A stretch of 64,000 nt of DNA. Source: Microgenomates group bacterium. Its GTDB lineage: Bacteria > Patescibacteriota > Microgenomatia > Daviesbacterales > UBA10151. Of the stretch, positions 19,882-30,517 are shown in pieces. Location: contig JBAZXP010000001.1 of assembly GCA_041659805.1 (NCBI GenBank), forward strand, positions 128,589 to 192,588, in the 5' to 3' direction. Positions within the stretch are counted from its first letter, which is position 1; each line of letters starts with the position of its first letter. The notes under the pieces are model-generated. The model made no database searches and was not told the origin of the DNA. It was given only the letters and a program-made list of their open reading frames with translations. The position numbers were made by a program, and so were the translations under genes.

Positions 19882-20742
19882 TTATTTTTGGCAGGAAGGG
19901 CAGAAGTATGTTCCACGACCAATCTGTTGGATTTTTTGAACAGTCCCAGGACAACTATTACATTTTTTTCCTTCTTTTCCATAAACATTGGCATAATCTA
20001 GAAAATATCCTTTTTTACCATCAACATCTACAAAATGAGCTCTGGTTGAGCCTCCTTTTTCTATAGAAACTTTTAAGGATTTTTGGATTCCTTTAACCAG
20101 ATTTTTAAAATCATTATCAGATAATGTTGAAACTTTTCTTCTGGGATCAATTCGGGCACCAAATAAGCTTTCTGAGGAATAAATATTTCCTATTCCTGAA
20201 ACAACTGATTGATCCATTAAAGCAACCTTAATAGGTTGAGATTTATGATGTAAGAGATTAGATTTAAGAATTTGCCAGGTAAATTCTTTCTCCAAAGGTT
20301 CAGGGCCTAGTTTTCCCAACACATTTTCAATTTTTAATTTTGAATTATCAATTAGCTTCACCCACCCAAATTTTCTTTGATCATTAAAAAATAATTTAGA
20401 ACCACTCGAAAATTCAAAAATAACTCTGGTGGATTTATTGGGTAAATCACCTTTCATATCAGGAGTAGGATGACCACCAATTATTCTGTCTTTCTCAGTC
20501 TTATCCACATAAATTAATTGTCCTGTCATTTTCAGATGAAATAAAAGCGTTCCATTTGATTCCAGATCTACACCAAGCATTTTTGCTCTTCTCCAAATTT
20601 CCTCCACTTTCGCTCCTTCAGCTTTTTTTTCTTCCCCAATAAATGTTTTAGAATTTAAGACTTGGATCCTTGTAACTTTTAAGCCGACTATTTTTCTTTG
20701 AAGACCTAATTTAATTGTTTCTACTTCTGGAAGCTCTGGCAT
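19882..20742 (-). CDS. mutM: Formamidopyrimidine-DNA glycosylase
   Basis: MPELPEVE, HLKMTG, GIGNIY and C-terminal Zn finger. Confidence 0.97.
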   Translation of the reverse strand: MPELPEVETIKLGLQRKIVGLKVTRIQVLNSKTFIGEEKKAEGAKVEEIWRRAKMLGVDLESNGTLLFHLKMTGQLIYVDKTEKDRIIGGHPTPDMKGDLPNKSTRVIFEFSSGSKLFFNDQRKFGWVKLIDNSKLKIENVLGKLGPEPLEKEFTWQILKSNLLHHKSQPIKVALMDQSVVSGIGNIYSSESLFGARIDPRRKVSTLSDNDFKNLVKGIQKSLKVSIEKGGSTRAHFVDVDGKKGYFLDYANVYGKEGKKCNSCPGTVQKIQQIGRGTYFCPSCQK

Positions 20743-20777
20743 AGAAGTATTTTACTATAAATTAATAATTGTTTTAT

Positions 20778-21002
20778 TTACTGTGGTATTAATTTTCTAA
20801 CAACACGTTGAACGTGCCGAACAAAAGGAGCCACAACTCTTTCTAATCTAATTGGTGCTGGAAAAATATCTTCTACAAGTCGGGTAAATTCAGATTCTGT
20901 AAGTGATCCTACATCTACAGATTTATGATTATTATAAGCAGCTCGAGCCTTCTGTACTTCTTCTAGTCTAACATCAGCTCTTTGAGCTATCTCCATACCC
21001 AT
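20778..21002 (-). CDS. Hypothetical protein
   Basis: 74-aa ORF in a co-oriented run. Confidence 0.5.
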   Translation of the reverse strand: MGMEIAQRADVRLEEVQKARAAYNNHKSVDVGSLTESEFTRLVEDIFPAPIRLERVVAPFVRHVQRVVRKLIPQ

Positions 21003-21006
21003 TACT

Positions 21007-22179
21007 TTAAATATGGCAAAATATTTTTACCCAGTCAACCCTGTAGTTTTTTTCTATCAGTTGCGAAATTTTTTTCTTAAATTCTTCTTTAGAAAACTTT
21101 TCTGCCTGTGTAACACAATTCTCACTCTCATATTTTTCAGGTTTAAATTCCTTTAATACCTCCATTAAAGATTCTGTCGTAGCTTTTTCAAAGAATTCTC
21201 CTGTCGCTCGTCCTGAGCTTGTCGAAGGATTACCCTCCACTACAGTTTCTAAAAATCCTCCAGCTCTTAAAGCTATAACTGGTGTTCCAGCTGCCATACT
21301 CTCTACTGGCACAATGCCAAAATCTTCATCTTCTGACGCCACAATTGTAGCTTTTGCCCCTGCTAAAATTTCTGGGATATCTTCATCTTTAATAAGCCCT
21401 AAAAATTCCACATTTTTTCCAGCCAGTTTTTTAAGTCTTTCTAACTCTGGCCCAGATCCTACAACTTTTAAAGGTAAATCTAACTTAGTGCAAGCCTCCA
21501 CAATTATCTCTGTCCCCTTTCCTCTTACTAATCTACCCAGTGATAAATAATATTCTCTCTCTTTCTTAAATCTTAAATCTATATTCTTAAATCTCTTTAC
21601 ATCTATCGGTGGATAAATTACTTCTGAGTCTCTTCTATAAAACTTTTTGATTCTGGCTGCTATATTTTTGGAATTAGCAATTAGCACATCTGGCCTTTGG
21701 GCAATTTCAAAATCCATCAGTCTTAAGAAATGATTGGCTATTTCACCTGCAATTCTGGTCCACCAATGCTTTTTATAATTATAAGAAGTGGCATAACCAT
21801 AAAGGTATCTGGGAGGTGTATGAATATAATTAATATGTAGTGCTTCAGGTGAAGTGATCACAGTATTGGCAAAATAAGATGAAGAAGAAGAAATTACCAA
21901 ATCATATTCTGTTAAATCAAAACTCTCAAAAGCAGCAGGAGCCAAAACCCTTAAAGGAGAAATTAATTTGTTAGCAAAAGGCAAGTTTTGCATCCAAGAA
22001 GTTTTAATATTCCAATTCTTAATCCTTTGGGCATGGGGTCCTAACCCATTTAAATTTAAATAGCTAGTATAAATGGGAGCTTCAGGAAACATTTCATGCA
22101 ATGCTTCCAAAACTCTTTCTGCCCCACCATATTCCCTTAAATAATCATGCACAAGTGCAACTTTTAAATTTTTATCCAT
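21007..22179 (-). CDS. Glycosyltransferase family 4
   Basis: GGAERV and EDFGIVPVESMAAGTPVIA. Confidence 0.93.
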   Translation of the reverse strand: MDKNLKVALVHDYLREYGGAERVLEALHEMFPEAPIYTSYLNLNGLGPHAQRIKNWNIKTSWMQNLPFANKLISPLRVLAPAAFESFDLTEYDLVISSSSSYFANTVITSPEALHINYIHTPPRYLYGYATSYNYKKHWWTRIAGEIANHFLRLMDFEIAQRPDVLIANSKNIAARIKKFYRRDSEVIYPPIDVKRFKNIDLRFKKEREYYLSLGRLVRGKGTEIIVEACTKLDLPLKVVGSGPELERLKKLAGKNVEFLGLIKDEDIPEILAGAKATIVASEDEDFGIVPVESMAAGTPVIALRAGGFLETVVEGNPSTSSGRATGEFFEKATTESLMEVLKEFKPEKYESENCVTQAEKFSKEEFKKKISQLIEKNYRVDWVKIFCHI

Positions 22180-22320
22180 AAAAATTTATCCTGAGCAAAG
22201 TCGAAGAACATTCGTTAATTTTACCAGAATTTGATTATAAAAGGTGTTATACCCTTTTAGGGTTCAAGCTACTTAACGAGAATTGTATTTTCGAGTTAAG
22301 TTAGCTTACAATAATTTTTA

Positions 22321-23262
22321 ATGGTTTATCTTAAAAAACTGATTTTTGCAATTCCATTTCTTTTAAGTATTGTTGTTTTTTATATCCAGGCAGAACCGAT
22401 CGTCAAAGATCCTACACTTTTATTTTCTTTTGATTTTAATCTTCTTCTTCAATTAATATATTTTGCTGTTTCTATTACTGCCACTTCATATTTTTTTATT
22501 ACTTTTGCCTCTCTTACCTCAGACTGGAAAATAGTTGCTCCTATTTCCTTTATAGGATCCTCTCTAGTTTTACTTTTTATTCAACCTCCAGAAGCTTATT
22601 ATTTGGGAATTGGACTATTTTTAACATTTTGTGCTATCTTTGCTCAACTTTTGAATAAATTAACTAAGGATCCCACCAGCTTTCATACTTCTGATCACAT
22701 CAACAAACCTGCAAAACAACTTGTTACTATCATTGTACTTATCACCTCTGTAATTGTTTATCTATCTGTTACTACCTCAAGTCAGCAAATGGTTTCAAAA
22801 ATGATTGATTCAGTGGTAAATCTTTCAACAGATTTTGTTAAAAATCAACAGCTAACTCCCCAATCTGAAGACAATACTCAAACCTCTCTTCCATCCCTTT
22901 CATCAGATCAAATTGCTTTATTAAAACAAAATCCTGATCTTCTTAAACAATACGGTTTGGATCCTTCCATTTTAAATCAACTTGATACGACAAATAAAAA
23001 AACTCCTGTAACTGCTCAAAGCATAGCTGCTGAAGCAGCAAAACCAATGATTACTCAACAGATAACAGATATGATCCAGCCTTGCTTACCTTTTATGCCC
23101 TTTATAATTGCTTTTATTTTCTATTTAAACTTTCAATTCTTTACCTCAATTACAACCCTTGTTCTCTCACCCCTAATTTACCTGCTTTTTTATATCCTAG
23201 AAAAAATAGGATTCATTAAATTTGAAATAACTACCAGACAAGTTAAAAAATTGGTAGTTTAA
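22321..23262 (+). CDS. Hypothetical polytopic membrane protein
   Basis: Multiple TM helices with a soluble loop. Confidence 0.75.
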   Translation: MVYLKKLIFAIPFLLSIVVFYIQAEPIVKDPTLLFSFDFNLLLQLIYFAVSITATSYFFITFASLTSDWKIVAPISFIGSSLVLLFIQPPEAYYLGIGLFLTFCAIFAQLLNKLTKDPTSFHTSDHINKPAKQLVTIIVLITSVIVYLSVTTSSQQMVSKMIDSVVNLSTDFVKNQQLTPQSEDNTQTSLPSLSSDQIALLKQNPDLLKQYGLDPSILNQLDTTNKKTPVTAQSIAAEAAKPMITQQITDMIQPCLPFMPFIIAFIFYLNFQFFTSITTLVLSPLIYLLFYILEKIGFIKFEITTRQVKKLVV

Positions 23263-23271
23263 AGCAGTGTT

Positions 23272-23853
23272 TTACCCCATTGTCGCTATTTTTATTCTTT
23301 CAATAAATGAAGATGCTTTAGAAAATCTTTCATTATGAGCTTTCCACGCAGCTTTTTGTGAGTTTGGGTCTCCATTTTCCATGGCACATCGCAATACTGC
23401 CTCACAACCTTCTAACTGTTCTGGGATAAACTTATGTTTGAACCGATCTCTGACTTTTCCAATATGATCCAAATTTAACAGGGTAAAACATTGTTTAGAT
23501 TTTCCTCGCTTCATTTCTACTGTTACCCGGTATGAGGAATCAGGCCACACAGAATCAGCCCGACTTACAGGTATAAAACCCGCCATTAAGGTTGCTTTAA
23601 CACCTTCACCCACTATGGGAATGGGTAGAGTAAGAATTAATGCTTCGGTTAAAGGATGTTTCTTCGGCGCCAAACGATCCATGTTTAGAAGACGGCTATC
23701 AATACCAAATTTGTGAATTATGTCTGACACCAGATTATCAATTCGTCTTTCTTCTGGGGAGGGAAATTCAATAGGAACAGTTGATTGATTAATTGGCTGA
23801 ATGCTCGCTTGTTCATTTAAAAAGGCACATGCTTTATTTATATCCTCTGTCAT
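23272..23853 (-). CDS. Hypothetical protein
   Basis: 193-aa ORF; TAAATT 6 nt before the ATG. Confidence 0.6.
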   Translation of the reverse strand: MTEDINKACAFLNEQASIQPINQSTVPIEFPSPEERRIDNLVSDIIHKFGIDSRLLNMDRLAPKKHPLTEALILTLPIPIVGEGVKATLMAGFIPVSRADSVWPDSSYRVTVEMKRGKSKQCFTLLNLDHIGKVRDRFKHKFIPEQLEGCEAVLRCAMENGDPNSQKAAWKAHNERFSKASSFIERIKIATMG

Positions 23854-23876
23854 AGCGATAATTTAAACTATAGTTT

Positions 23877-26138
23877 TTATGCTGTCAATACTAGAGGCTG
23901 CATTTCACCCCAATTTGAACCTGTTTTTAAATCAACCACCACAGGCACAGATAATTTCAGTGCATTTTCCATTTTTTCTTTAACCATTAAAGCTATTTTT
24001 TTCACGCTAACATTATCACATTCGAACAAAAGCTCATCATGAATCTGTAAAATAAGTCGACAGCTTTCAGTATCGGCCTTCGGCCTGTCAGCTTTCAGAC
24101 TGTCTGACGACTGACGACTGACGACTGACAGCTCTTTATCTATCTCCACCATTGCCTTTTTGATCATATCTGCAGCTGTCCCCTGTACAGGGTGATTGAT
24201 GGCGGCTCTTTCGCCAAAAGATCTCATCATGTGGTTTTGGGCTTGAAGCTCTGGAAAGTACCTTTTTCTGCCACTTACGGTCTCCACATAGCCTTTATCT
24301 CTGGCTTCTTCCAGAGTTTTATTCATCCAAACCTTAATTTTAGGAAACTGTTCAAAATACTCATCAATATATGATTTGGCTGTTACATAATCAATTTTTA
24401 ATTGTTGAGCCAAGGCATGAGCACCCTGACCATAAAGTGTGGCAAAATTCATGGTTTTACCCACAGCTCTTTGTTCTTTTGTCACATTATCAATAGGAGC
24501 CTTAAATATTTTGGCAGCAGTAGCAGCATGGATATCTTCTCCGCTTTTAAAGGCAGCTATTAAGGCTGGATCTTCAGATAAATGAGCCATAATCCTAAGT
24601 TCAATCTGTGAGTAATCTGCAGCTAATAAAATTTTACCTTTGGGAGCAATAAAAGCTTTCCTGATTTCACCACCCTGCTGCCCTCTGACCGGAATGTTTT
24701 GTAAATTAGGATCAGATGAAGAAAGCCTACCAGTAGCAGCACCTTCAACATGAAAGGTCGAATGAATTCTGCAGTTCTCATCAGCATATTTTGGTAATGC
24801 ATCTACATAAGTTGAGACCAATTTATATAGAGTTCTATATTCTAATAGCAATGGAATTATAGGATTAACCTCATAAAGTTCTCTGAGAGTTCCTTCATCA
24901 GTTGAATACCCTGTTTTAGTCTTTTTACCAGCAGGTAGTTTTAATTCTTCAAAAAGCACTACTTGTAACTGCTTTGGACTGTTAATATTAATCTGATGTC
25001 CTACTTTTGAGTATATATCTTGTTCAAGATCAGTTAATTTGCTTTTTAAAAGCCTGCCAAACTTACTTAAAAAATCAAGATCTACCAAAACTCCAGCTGC
25101 TGACATTTTCTTTAAAACTTTATCTACTTGCGTGTCCAAATCTGTGGTTGCCTTATTCTGATTTTTTACACTATCGGTCTTGTCATTGTCATCCTGAGCG
25201 ATTAGCGAAGGATCTAATTTAGTTATACCCTTCACTTTGTTCAGGGTGACAGGTGGAACGTTCAGAATGACAGTTTCTATTCCTGGTATTCTCTTAATCA
25301 AACTTTTAAATCCCAACTCCTCAAAAACTCCTTTGGCAACTTCTTTATCAAACTGATGTATTTTACTCTGCTCTAAATCTAATTTTATAGGAACTTCAGT
25401 TTCTATGGTTGCCAGTTTCTTGCTCATAAAACCAGAATCTTTACCTGCTTCCAGTAATTTTTTGGTTCTTTCAGGTAATTTATCCAGGTTTTTGAAAATT
25501 TCTTCCAAAGTTGCATATTCCTGAATTAATTTTGTGGCTGTGACTTCCCCTATTCCTGGGACCCCTGGGATATTATCTGAACTGTCACCAGCCAAACTTT
25601 TGTAATCAATCATATTTATAGGTTTAAAGCCATATTTTATGGCAAACTCTTCTTCACCATATAACCCAACATCACTTAAAGTCTTTTTTGGCATTAAAAC
25701 TTTTACCTTGCTTGAAATTAGCTGCATTAAATCCCTGTCTCCGGTTAAAATTATTGTTTCTATATCCTTGCTTGATGCCTGTTTGGCTAAAGCCCCAATT
25801 AGATCGTCAGCTTCAAAGCCAGGTAAACCAAACTGAGGAATATCCATGGATTTTAAAACTCTATCCACAATATTGTATTGAGCAAGTAAAGCATCATCTG
25901 TTTTTACCCGGGTGGCTTTATATCCTTCAAATTGAACGTGTCTGAATGTGGGAGCTTTCTTATCCCAGGTTACAGCAACAAAGTCTGGTTTAAGATCACT
26001 AAGGGCCTTCAAAAGCATGGATGTTAAACCATATACAGCATTAACTAGTTCTCCTTGAGGAGAGGTTAAAGGAGGTGTGGCATGATAGGCACGATGCAAT
26101 AAAGCATTACCATCAACAAGTACAAACCTTTTTGTCAT
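23877..26138 (-). CDS. polA: DNA polymerase I (5'-3' exonuclease plus polymerase; no 3'-5' exonuclease domain)
   Basis: LVDGNALLHRAYHA, GFEADD, TGRLSSSDPNLQNIP, ADYSQIELR and LQIHDEL. Confidence 0.97.
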   Translation of the reverse strand: MTKRFVLVDGNALLHRAYHATPPLTSPQGELVNAVYGLTSMLLKALSDLKPDFVAVTWDKKAPTFRHVQFEGYKATRVKTDDALLAQYNIVDRVLKSMDIPQFGLPGFEADDLIGALAKQASSKDIETIILTGDRDLMQLISSKVKVLMPKKTLSDVGLYGEEEFAIKYGFKPINMIDYKSLAGDSSDNIPGVPGIGEVTATKLIQEYATLEEIFKNLDKLPERTKKLLEAGKDSGFMSKKLATIETEVPIKLDLEQSKIHQFDKEVAKGVFEELGFKSLIKRIPGIETVILNVPPVTLNKVKGITKLDPSLIAQDDNDKTDSVKNQNKATTDLDTQVDKVLKKMSAAGVLVDLDFLSKFGRLLKSKLTDLEQDIYSKVGHQININSPKQLQVVLFEELKLPAGKKTKTGYSTDEGTLRELYEVNPIIPLLLEYRTLYKLVSTYVDALPKYADENCRIHSTFHVEGAATGRLSSSDPNLQNIPVRGQQGGEIRKAFIAPKGKILLAADYSQIELRIMAHLSEDPALIAAFKSGEDIHAATAAKIFKAPIDNVTKEQRAVGKTMNFATLYGQGAHALAQQLKIDYVTAKSYIDEYFEQFPKIKVWMNKTLEEARDKGYVETVSGRKRYFPELQAQNHMMRSFGERAAINHPVQGTAADMIKKAMVEIDKELSVVSRQSSDSLKADRPKADTESCRLILQIHDELLFECDNVSVKKIALMVKEKMENALKLSVPVVVDLKTGSNWGEMQPLVLTA
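25187..25272. repeat. REP-like palindrome cluster in-frame in the polA linker
   Basis: TGTCATCCTGAGCGATTAGCGAAGGATCT, inverted CCCTTCACTTTGTTCAGGGTGACA and half copy GTTCAGAATGACA. Confidence 0.75.
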
Positions 26139-26167
26139 GAGTGCATTTTAACAGAAAACATGGTCCC

Positions 26168-26473
26168 TTACATGTCTGAAGAAATTTTGAAGCCTATACT
26201 AATAAGTCCTAGCGTTGTAAGTGAGGTACCAACTATAAGACCCGGCCAGCCTAATTCATGATTAGATACAATACCCAGCCCTATAAAACTCACGGCAAGA
26301 CTGCCTAAGTAAAAATTAGAGGCAATTTCCCCTATTTTACGCACTAATCTAATGGGTCTTTTAGGAGATTGTAAATTAATCTCTGATTTTTTTCTTTCTT
26401 CTTTTAAAAAACTGTTAATTTCACCAAGCAATTCTTTTTGTGAAATTACTTTTTCAGTATCTCTGTCTTTCAT
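26168..26473 (-). CDS. Hypothetical protein with two C-terminal TM helices
   Basis: 101-aa ORF. Confidence 0.6.
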   Translation of the reverse strand: MKDRDTEKVISQKELLGEINSFLKEERKKSEINLQSPKRPIRLVRKIGEIASNFYLGSLAVSFIGLGIVSNHELGWPGLIVGTSLTTLGLISIGFKISSDM

Positions 26474-26516
26474 AATGCATAATATACTATACTATGAGAC
26501 ATTTCTCAAGAGCAAA

Positions 26517-28289
26517 TTAACCCTTTAACTCACTTTGATGAACAATAGTGGCATAGTAACCATTTTTAGCCAAAAGTTGTTTATGGGTACCGCGTTCGAT
26601 TAATTTCCCTTTATCCATCACCAATATTTGATCAGCATGTTGAACTGTTGAAAGTCTATGAGCAATGACAATTTTAGTTAAAGCACGTTCTTTGGAAATA
26701 TCCCTTAAGGCTTCCTGAATTTGTGCCTCAGATACTGTATCTAAATGTGAAGTTGGCTCATCCATGACTAATATTTTAGGCTCAGCAAACAAGGCCCTGG
26801 CAATTGCCAGACGTTGTCTTTGTCCACCGGAAAGCTTAACTCCTCTTTCCCCTATTTCTGTTTGATATTTATCATCCAACTCATCAATAAATTCATCACA
26901 GTGGGATAATTTTGCTGCTCTTATTACTCTGTTCTTAACTGCAGCCCAGGTTTGTTTACCGGCAGAGTATGAAATAACTTCCCAAATTTTACGACTGGGA
27001 ACAGGTGAATCCTGAAACACCACTGCTGTTTCTCTTCTAAATATATCAAGATCAATTTCTTTTAGATCATACTTGCCATCAATAACAATCGAACCTTTGG
27101 TTGGATCATAATAACGGCTGATTAATTTGGCAATCGTGGATTTTCCAGAGCCTGATTTACCCACAAAAGCAGTAAATGAACCAGCTGGGATCGTAAAACT
27201 GACATTTTTCAAAACCCTTCTTTTGTTATATGCAAAAGTAAGGTGCTTAAAAGAAATCTGCCCCCTAATTTCTTTTGGCTTTATTGCATTTGGCTGATTT
27301 TTAACTGTTGCTTCCTTTTGCATTAAAATAGTCAACCTGTCCACAGGCTCAGAGGCGTCCACTATCCTTTCGTAAATTCTACCTAAACGATAAACATTGG
27401 AATAAGCCCTTTCAATCAGGTTGATCAAAAAGACTAAGCTTCCGACAGTTAATAATCCATTTTGAATCTGGAAAATACCCATAATAAGTAAGCCAAGATA
27501 AAATATTTCTATTAATACACTTCTTCCAAAACCCAGTACCATATGCGTTCTAAACTCCCGCGAAGACAAACTTCTGATTAAATCCCAGATTCCTTTAAAT
27601 GATTTTTCTTCCCTTTGCTCCTGAGCAAAAGCTTTGACCACGGTAATGTTTGACAAAATATCCCCTACCTCACCAGAGGAAGTCTCATATGCATCATGTC
27701 TTTTGCTTCGCAGTTTTTGAGTTGACTGATATGTTTTAAAAGTAATAAATACAAAAGGAACAATTGACACCACAAAAACCAGACCAGCTGTTATACTAAT
27801 AAAGAAAATAGTAATTGAAGTAAAAATTATTTGTAAAACAACAGGCATAAACTCCCAAGAAAATGATTCCAGAAGCTGGACTAGTTTTTCTTTGCCTTTA
27901 TTAACCAGATTAATTTTTGCACCTGTATTTTCCTTCTCATGGTAATCAATAGAAAGTTCCAGCATTTTAGAAAATGATGCAGTAGAAATAAACTTTTCAG
28001 TATTCCAAAGCATCACCACAATCAAAATATCAATAAAATAATCTAAAAACAGACCGATTATTCTGATCCCAACTAAACCACCAATCACATAAAATGCTGC
28101 TTCCCACGTTAATTTTCCCTCTGATTTGATCAGAAGGTCTAAAATTTTACCAAAAATATAAGGCACAGCGATTTTGATTAACTCAAAAACTGCAGTGAGT
28201 ACTCCTATTTGGTATATCGCCTTATGAAATGGAGCTAAAAGCTTCCATACTTTGGTTATGAAATTCATATTTTTTCTATTCTTTTTCAT
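26517..28289 (-). CDS. ABC exporter, fused permease/ATPase (MdlB/MsbA-like)
   Basis: N-terminal TMD, GKSGSGKS, LSGGQRQR, MDEPTS and IAHRLST; SD AAGGA before MKKNRK. Confidence 0.93.
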   Translation of the reverse strand: MKKNRKNMNFITKVWKLLAPFHKAIYQIGVLTAVFELIKIAVPYIFGKILDLLIKSEGKLTWEAAFYVIGGLVGIRIIGLFLDYFIDILIVVMLWNTEKFISTASFSKMLELSIDYHEKENTGAKINLVNKGKEKLVQLLESFSWEFMPVVLQIIFTSITIFFISITAGLVFVVSIVPFVFITFKTYQSTQKLRSKRHDAYETSSGEVGDILSNITVVKAFAQEQREEKSFKGIWDLIRSLSSREFRTHMVLGFGRSVLIEIFYLGLLIMGIFQIQNGLLTVGSLVFLINLIERAYSNVYRLGRIYERIVDASEPVDRLTILMQKEATVKNQPNAIKPKEIRGQISFKHLTFAYNKRRVLKNVSFTIPAGSFTAFVGKSGSGKSTIAKLISRYYDPTKGSIVIDGKYDLKEIDLDIFRRETAVVFQDSPVPSRKIWEVISYSAGKQTWAAVKNRVIRAAKLSHCDEFIDELDDKYQTEIGERGVKLSGGQRQRLAIARALFAEPKILVMDEPTSHLDTVSEAQIQEALRDISKERALTKIVIAHRLSTVQHADQILVMDKGKLIERGTHKQLLAKNGYYATIVHQSELKG

Positions 28290-28308
28290 ATTATCCTTTT
28301 TACCCATT

Positions 28309-28335
28309 AAAAAACCAGCTTTTCAGCTGGTTTTT
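28309..28335 (-). terminator. Intrinsic terminator in the ABC exporter leader (attenuator)
   Basis: AAAAACCAGCT-GAAA-AGCTGGTTTTTT. Confidence 0.75.
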
Positions 28336-28362
28336 GTGTCTTTTTAATATTTGAGATTTGTT

Positions 28363-28452
28363 TTATATCTTAAATTTACCAAACACAAAAACCTCCCAAT
28401 TTCTTGGATTGCTTTGAACTGAAATTTTTAAATTGGGTACATGCTTTGTCAT
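28363..28452 (-). CDS. Putative leader peptide MTKHVPNLKISVQSNPRNWEVFVFGKFKI
   Basis: uORF between a consensus promoter and the terminator; overlaps the antiterminator strand. Confidence 0.55.
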   Translation of the reverse strand: MTKHVPNLKISVQSNPRNWEVFVFGKFKI

Positions 28453-28483
28453 AGCTTTTATCCGCCACCCGACAGATTTATTC

Positions 28484-28512
28484 ATTTTATGGCTAAAAGG
28501 AATTTTTGTCAA
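28484..28512 (-). promoter_or_regulatory. Sigma70 promoter
   Basis: TTGACA-17 bp-TAAAAT. Confidence 0.75.
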
Positions 28513-28533
28513 CTAATAACTATAGGACTGAAA

Positions 28534-30414
28534 CTACGCAGAGATTTTTTTGCCTACAATTTTCTCAAATTCATCAGTATCAAGTGTTTCTTTTTCGAGT
28601 AATGCTGCTGCAACTTTATCTAACTTTGATTTTTCTTTTTTCAAAATGGCTTGGGCCACCTTATATGCGTCATCGATAAATTTCTTTATTTCAGAATCAA
28701 CCTTGGTCTGCATGGTTTCTGAAATCCCACTACCCTCTTCCGGCACTCCCTGCCACAAACCAAATACAGATCGGGGCTTAATATTAATCGGTCCTAAATC
28801 TGACATCCCATATTCTGTGACCATATCGCGGGCAATTCCTGTCGACATTTCCAAGTCTGATGAAGCACCGGTGGAAATATCCTTAAAAATTATTTCCTCA
28901 GCAGCCCTACCTCCTAAGGCTGTAGCAATTTGCTCCAAAAGCCTTGATTTCCTTTCATTAGACCGGTCTTCTGTCGGCGGGAACATGGTAAATCCCCCAG
29001 CCATACCCCGGGCAATGATAGAAATTCTGTGAACAGGATCAACCTGAGACAAATTGTGGCCAACTATGGCATGACCTGCTTCATGGTAGGCAGCCAATTT
29101 CCGATCATCTTCTGACTGCATTCTTTTCCTTTGTGGTCCCATTTTTACCTTGGTAGCTGCTTCTTCTAAATCTATAGTGTCGATTGATTTTTTAGCGTCA
29201 CGGGCAGCTAAAATTGCCGCTTCATTCAACATATTGGCTAAATCCGCGCCGCTAAATCCCACTGTTCTTCTGGCCAAACGCTCTATATCAACATCCGAGG
29301 TAAATGGTTTACCTTTCATATGGATTTCAATAATAGCTTTTCTACCTACTAAATCAGGCATATTTAAAACTACCCGGCGGTCAAATCTGCCGGGACGTAC
29401 AAGCGCCGGATCCAGCAAATCTGGTCTGTTTGTTGAGCCGATCACAATTACATGATCATTGGGGGTAAAACCATCCATTTCCACCAAGATTTGATTTAAA
29501 GTTTGTTCTCTTTCATCATGTCCGCCGGAAATTCCATATCCTCTGGCTCTTCCTATTGATTCAATTTCATCGATAAAAATAATGGCAGGAGACGCTTGTT
29601 TGGCTTGTGCAAACATATCACGAACTCTGGCTGCCCCAACTCCTACTAACATTTCCATAAATTCTGATCCCGCAATGGAGAAAAAAGGAACTCCTGCTTC
29701 TCCTGCCAGAGCTTTAGCCATTAAAGTTTTACCTGTTCCCGGAGGACCTACCAGCAAGACTCCTTTGGGAATTCTGGCTCCAATGTCCTTATATTTTTGC
29801 GGGCTTTTTAGAAAATCCACCACTTCTTCTAATTCTTTTTTGGCTTCATCTACTCCGGCTACATCAGTAAATTTCACCCGGGGGGCATCTTTGGAAAAAA
29901 CTTTAGCTCTACTCTGTCCAAAAGAAAAAATACCCTGACCGGAATCTTTTGCCTGACGGAAGATAAAGAAAAAGATAGCAATCATCACAATAATCGGTAA
30001 AAGTGATCCGATAATGCTCAGCCAGACCCCCTGCATAGAAGTATCCTTGATCTCGATAATGACTGATTTAGGATCAATGTCAGAGTTCTTTAAAACCTGA
30101 TAGATAGACTCACCTGGTTCTTTTCTGGAAATCACAACAGGATCAGAATTTTTAAATTTAACATCAATTTGATCATTTTCCAAAGTTAATTTTTCAACCT
30201 TTTGATCTTTAATATCAGAAATTATCTGGGACAAAGGCACTTCATTTGCTTTCTTGCCCCCTTCAACAAAAAAAGAGACCACAAGTAATGCAGAAAAACC
30301 GATCAGAGCATAAATAAGAATAATTCGGGTCATGGACCACAATTTATTATTTTTGAGATTTTTATTATTTTTCAAGAGCGGATGCTCTAGAATTTTCTTT
30401 TTGCTGTTAGCCAC
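28534..30414 (-). CDS. ftsH: ATP-dependent zinc metalloprotease FtsH
   Basis: Two TM segments, [15 protein letters not shown] and HEAGH; GTG start 6 nt after TGGTATAAT. Confidence 0.97.
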   Translation of the reverse strand: MANSKKKILEHPLLKNNKNLKNNKLWSMTRIILIYALIGFSALLVVSFFVEGGKKANEVPLSQIISDIKDQKVEKLTLENDQIDVKFKNSDPVVISRKEPGESIYQVLKNSDIDPKSVIIEIKDTSMQGVWLSIIGSLLPIIVMIAIFFFIFRQAKDSGQGIFSFGQSRAKVFSKDAPRVKFTDVAGVDEAKKELEEVVDFLKSPQKYKDIGARIPKGVLLVGPPGTGKTLMAKALAGEAGVPFFSIAGSEFMEMLVGVGAARVRDMFAQAKQASPAIIFIDEIESIGRARGYGISGGHDEREQTLNQILVEMDGFTPNDHVIVIGSTNRPDLLDPALVRPGRFDRRVVLNMPDLVGRKAIIEIHMKGKPFTSDVDIERLARRTVGFSGADLANMLNEAAILAARDAKKSIDTIDLEEAATKVKMGPQRKRMQSEDDRKLAAYHEAGHAIVGHNLSQVDPVHRISIIARGMAGGFTMFPPTEDRSNERKSRLLEQIATALGGRAAEEIIFKDISTGASSDLEMSTGIARDMVTEYGMSDLGPINIKPRSVFGLWQGVPEEGSGISETMQTKVDSEIKKFIDDAYKVAQAILKKEKSKLDKVAAALLEKETLDTDEFEKIVGKKISA

Positions 30415-30517
30415 GGAGAGATTATACCATGGCAAGTATGATAAAGACAGTGAGCCTAGCATCAAATGATTGATTTTGACATCTTATAGTATATGCACTA
30501 CAATTAGATTTAGCTCT

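Noticed and set aside
23877-26138. polA lacking the proofreading domain, and use of an ATP-dependent ligase, as novelties
   Set aside because: Both are, to my knowledge, common in this group of reduced genomes.
28550-29938. Antisense ORFs in the track (in ftsH here; also ligase, polA, trxB, rpoD and the ORF over tRNA-fMet)
   Set aside because: Shadow frames of well-supported genes on the opposite strand, with no motifs.
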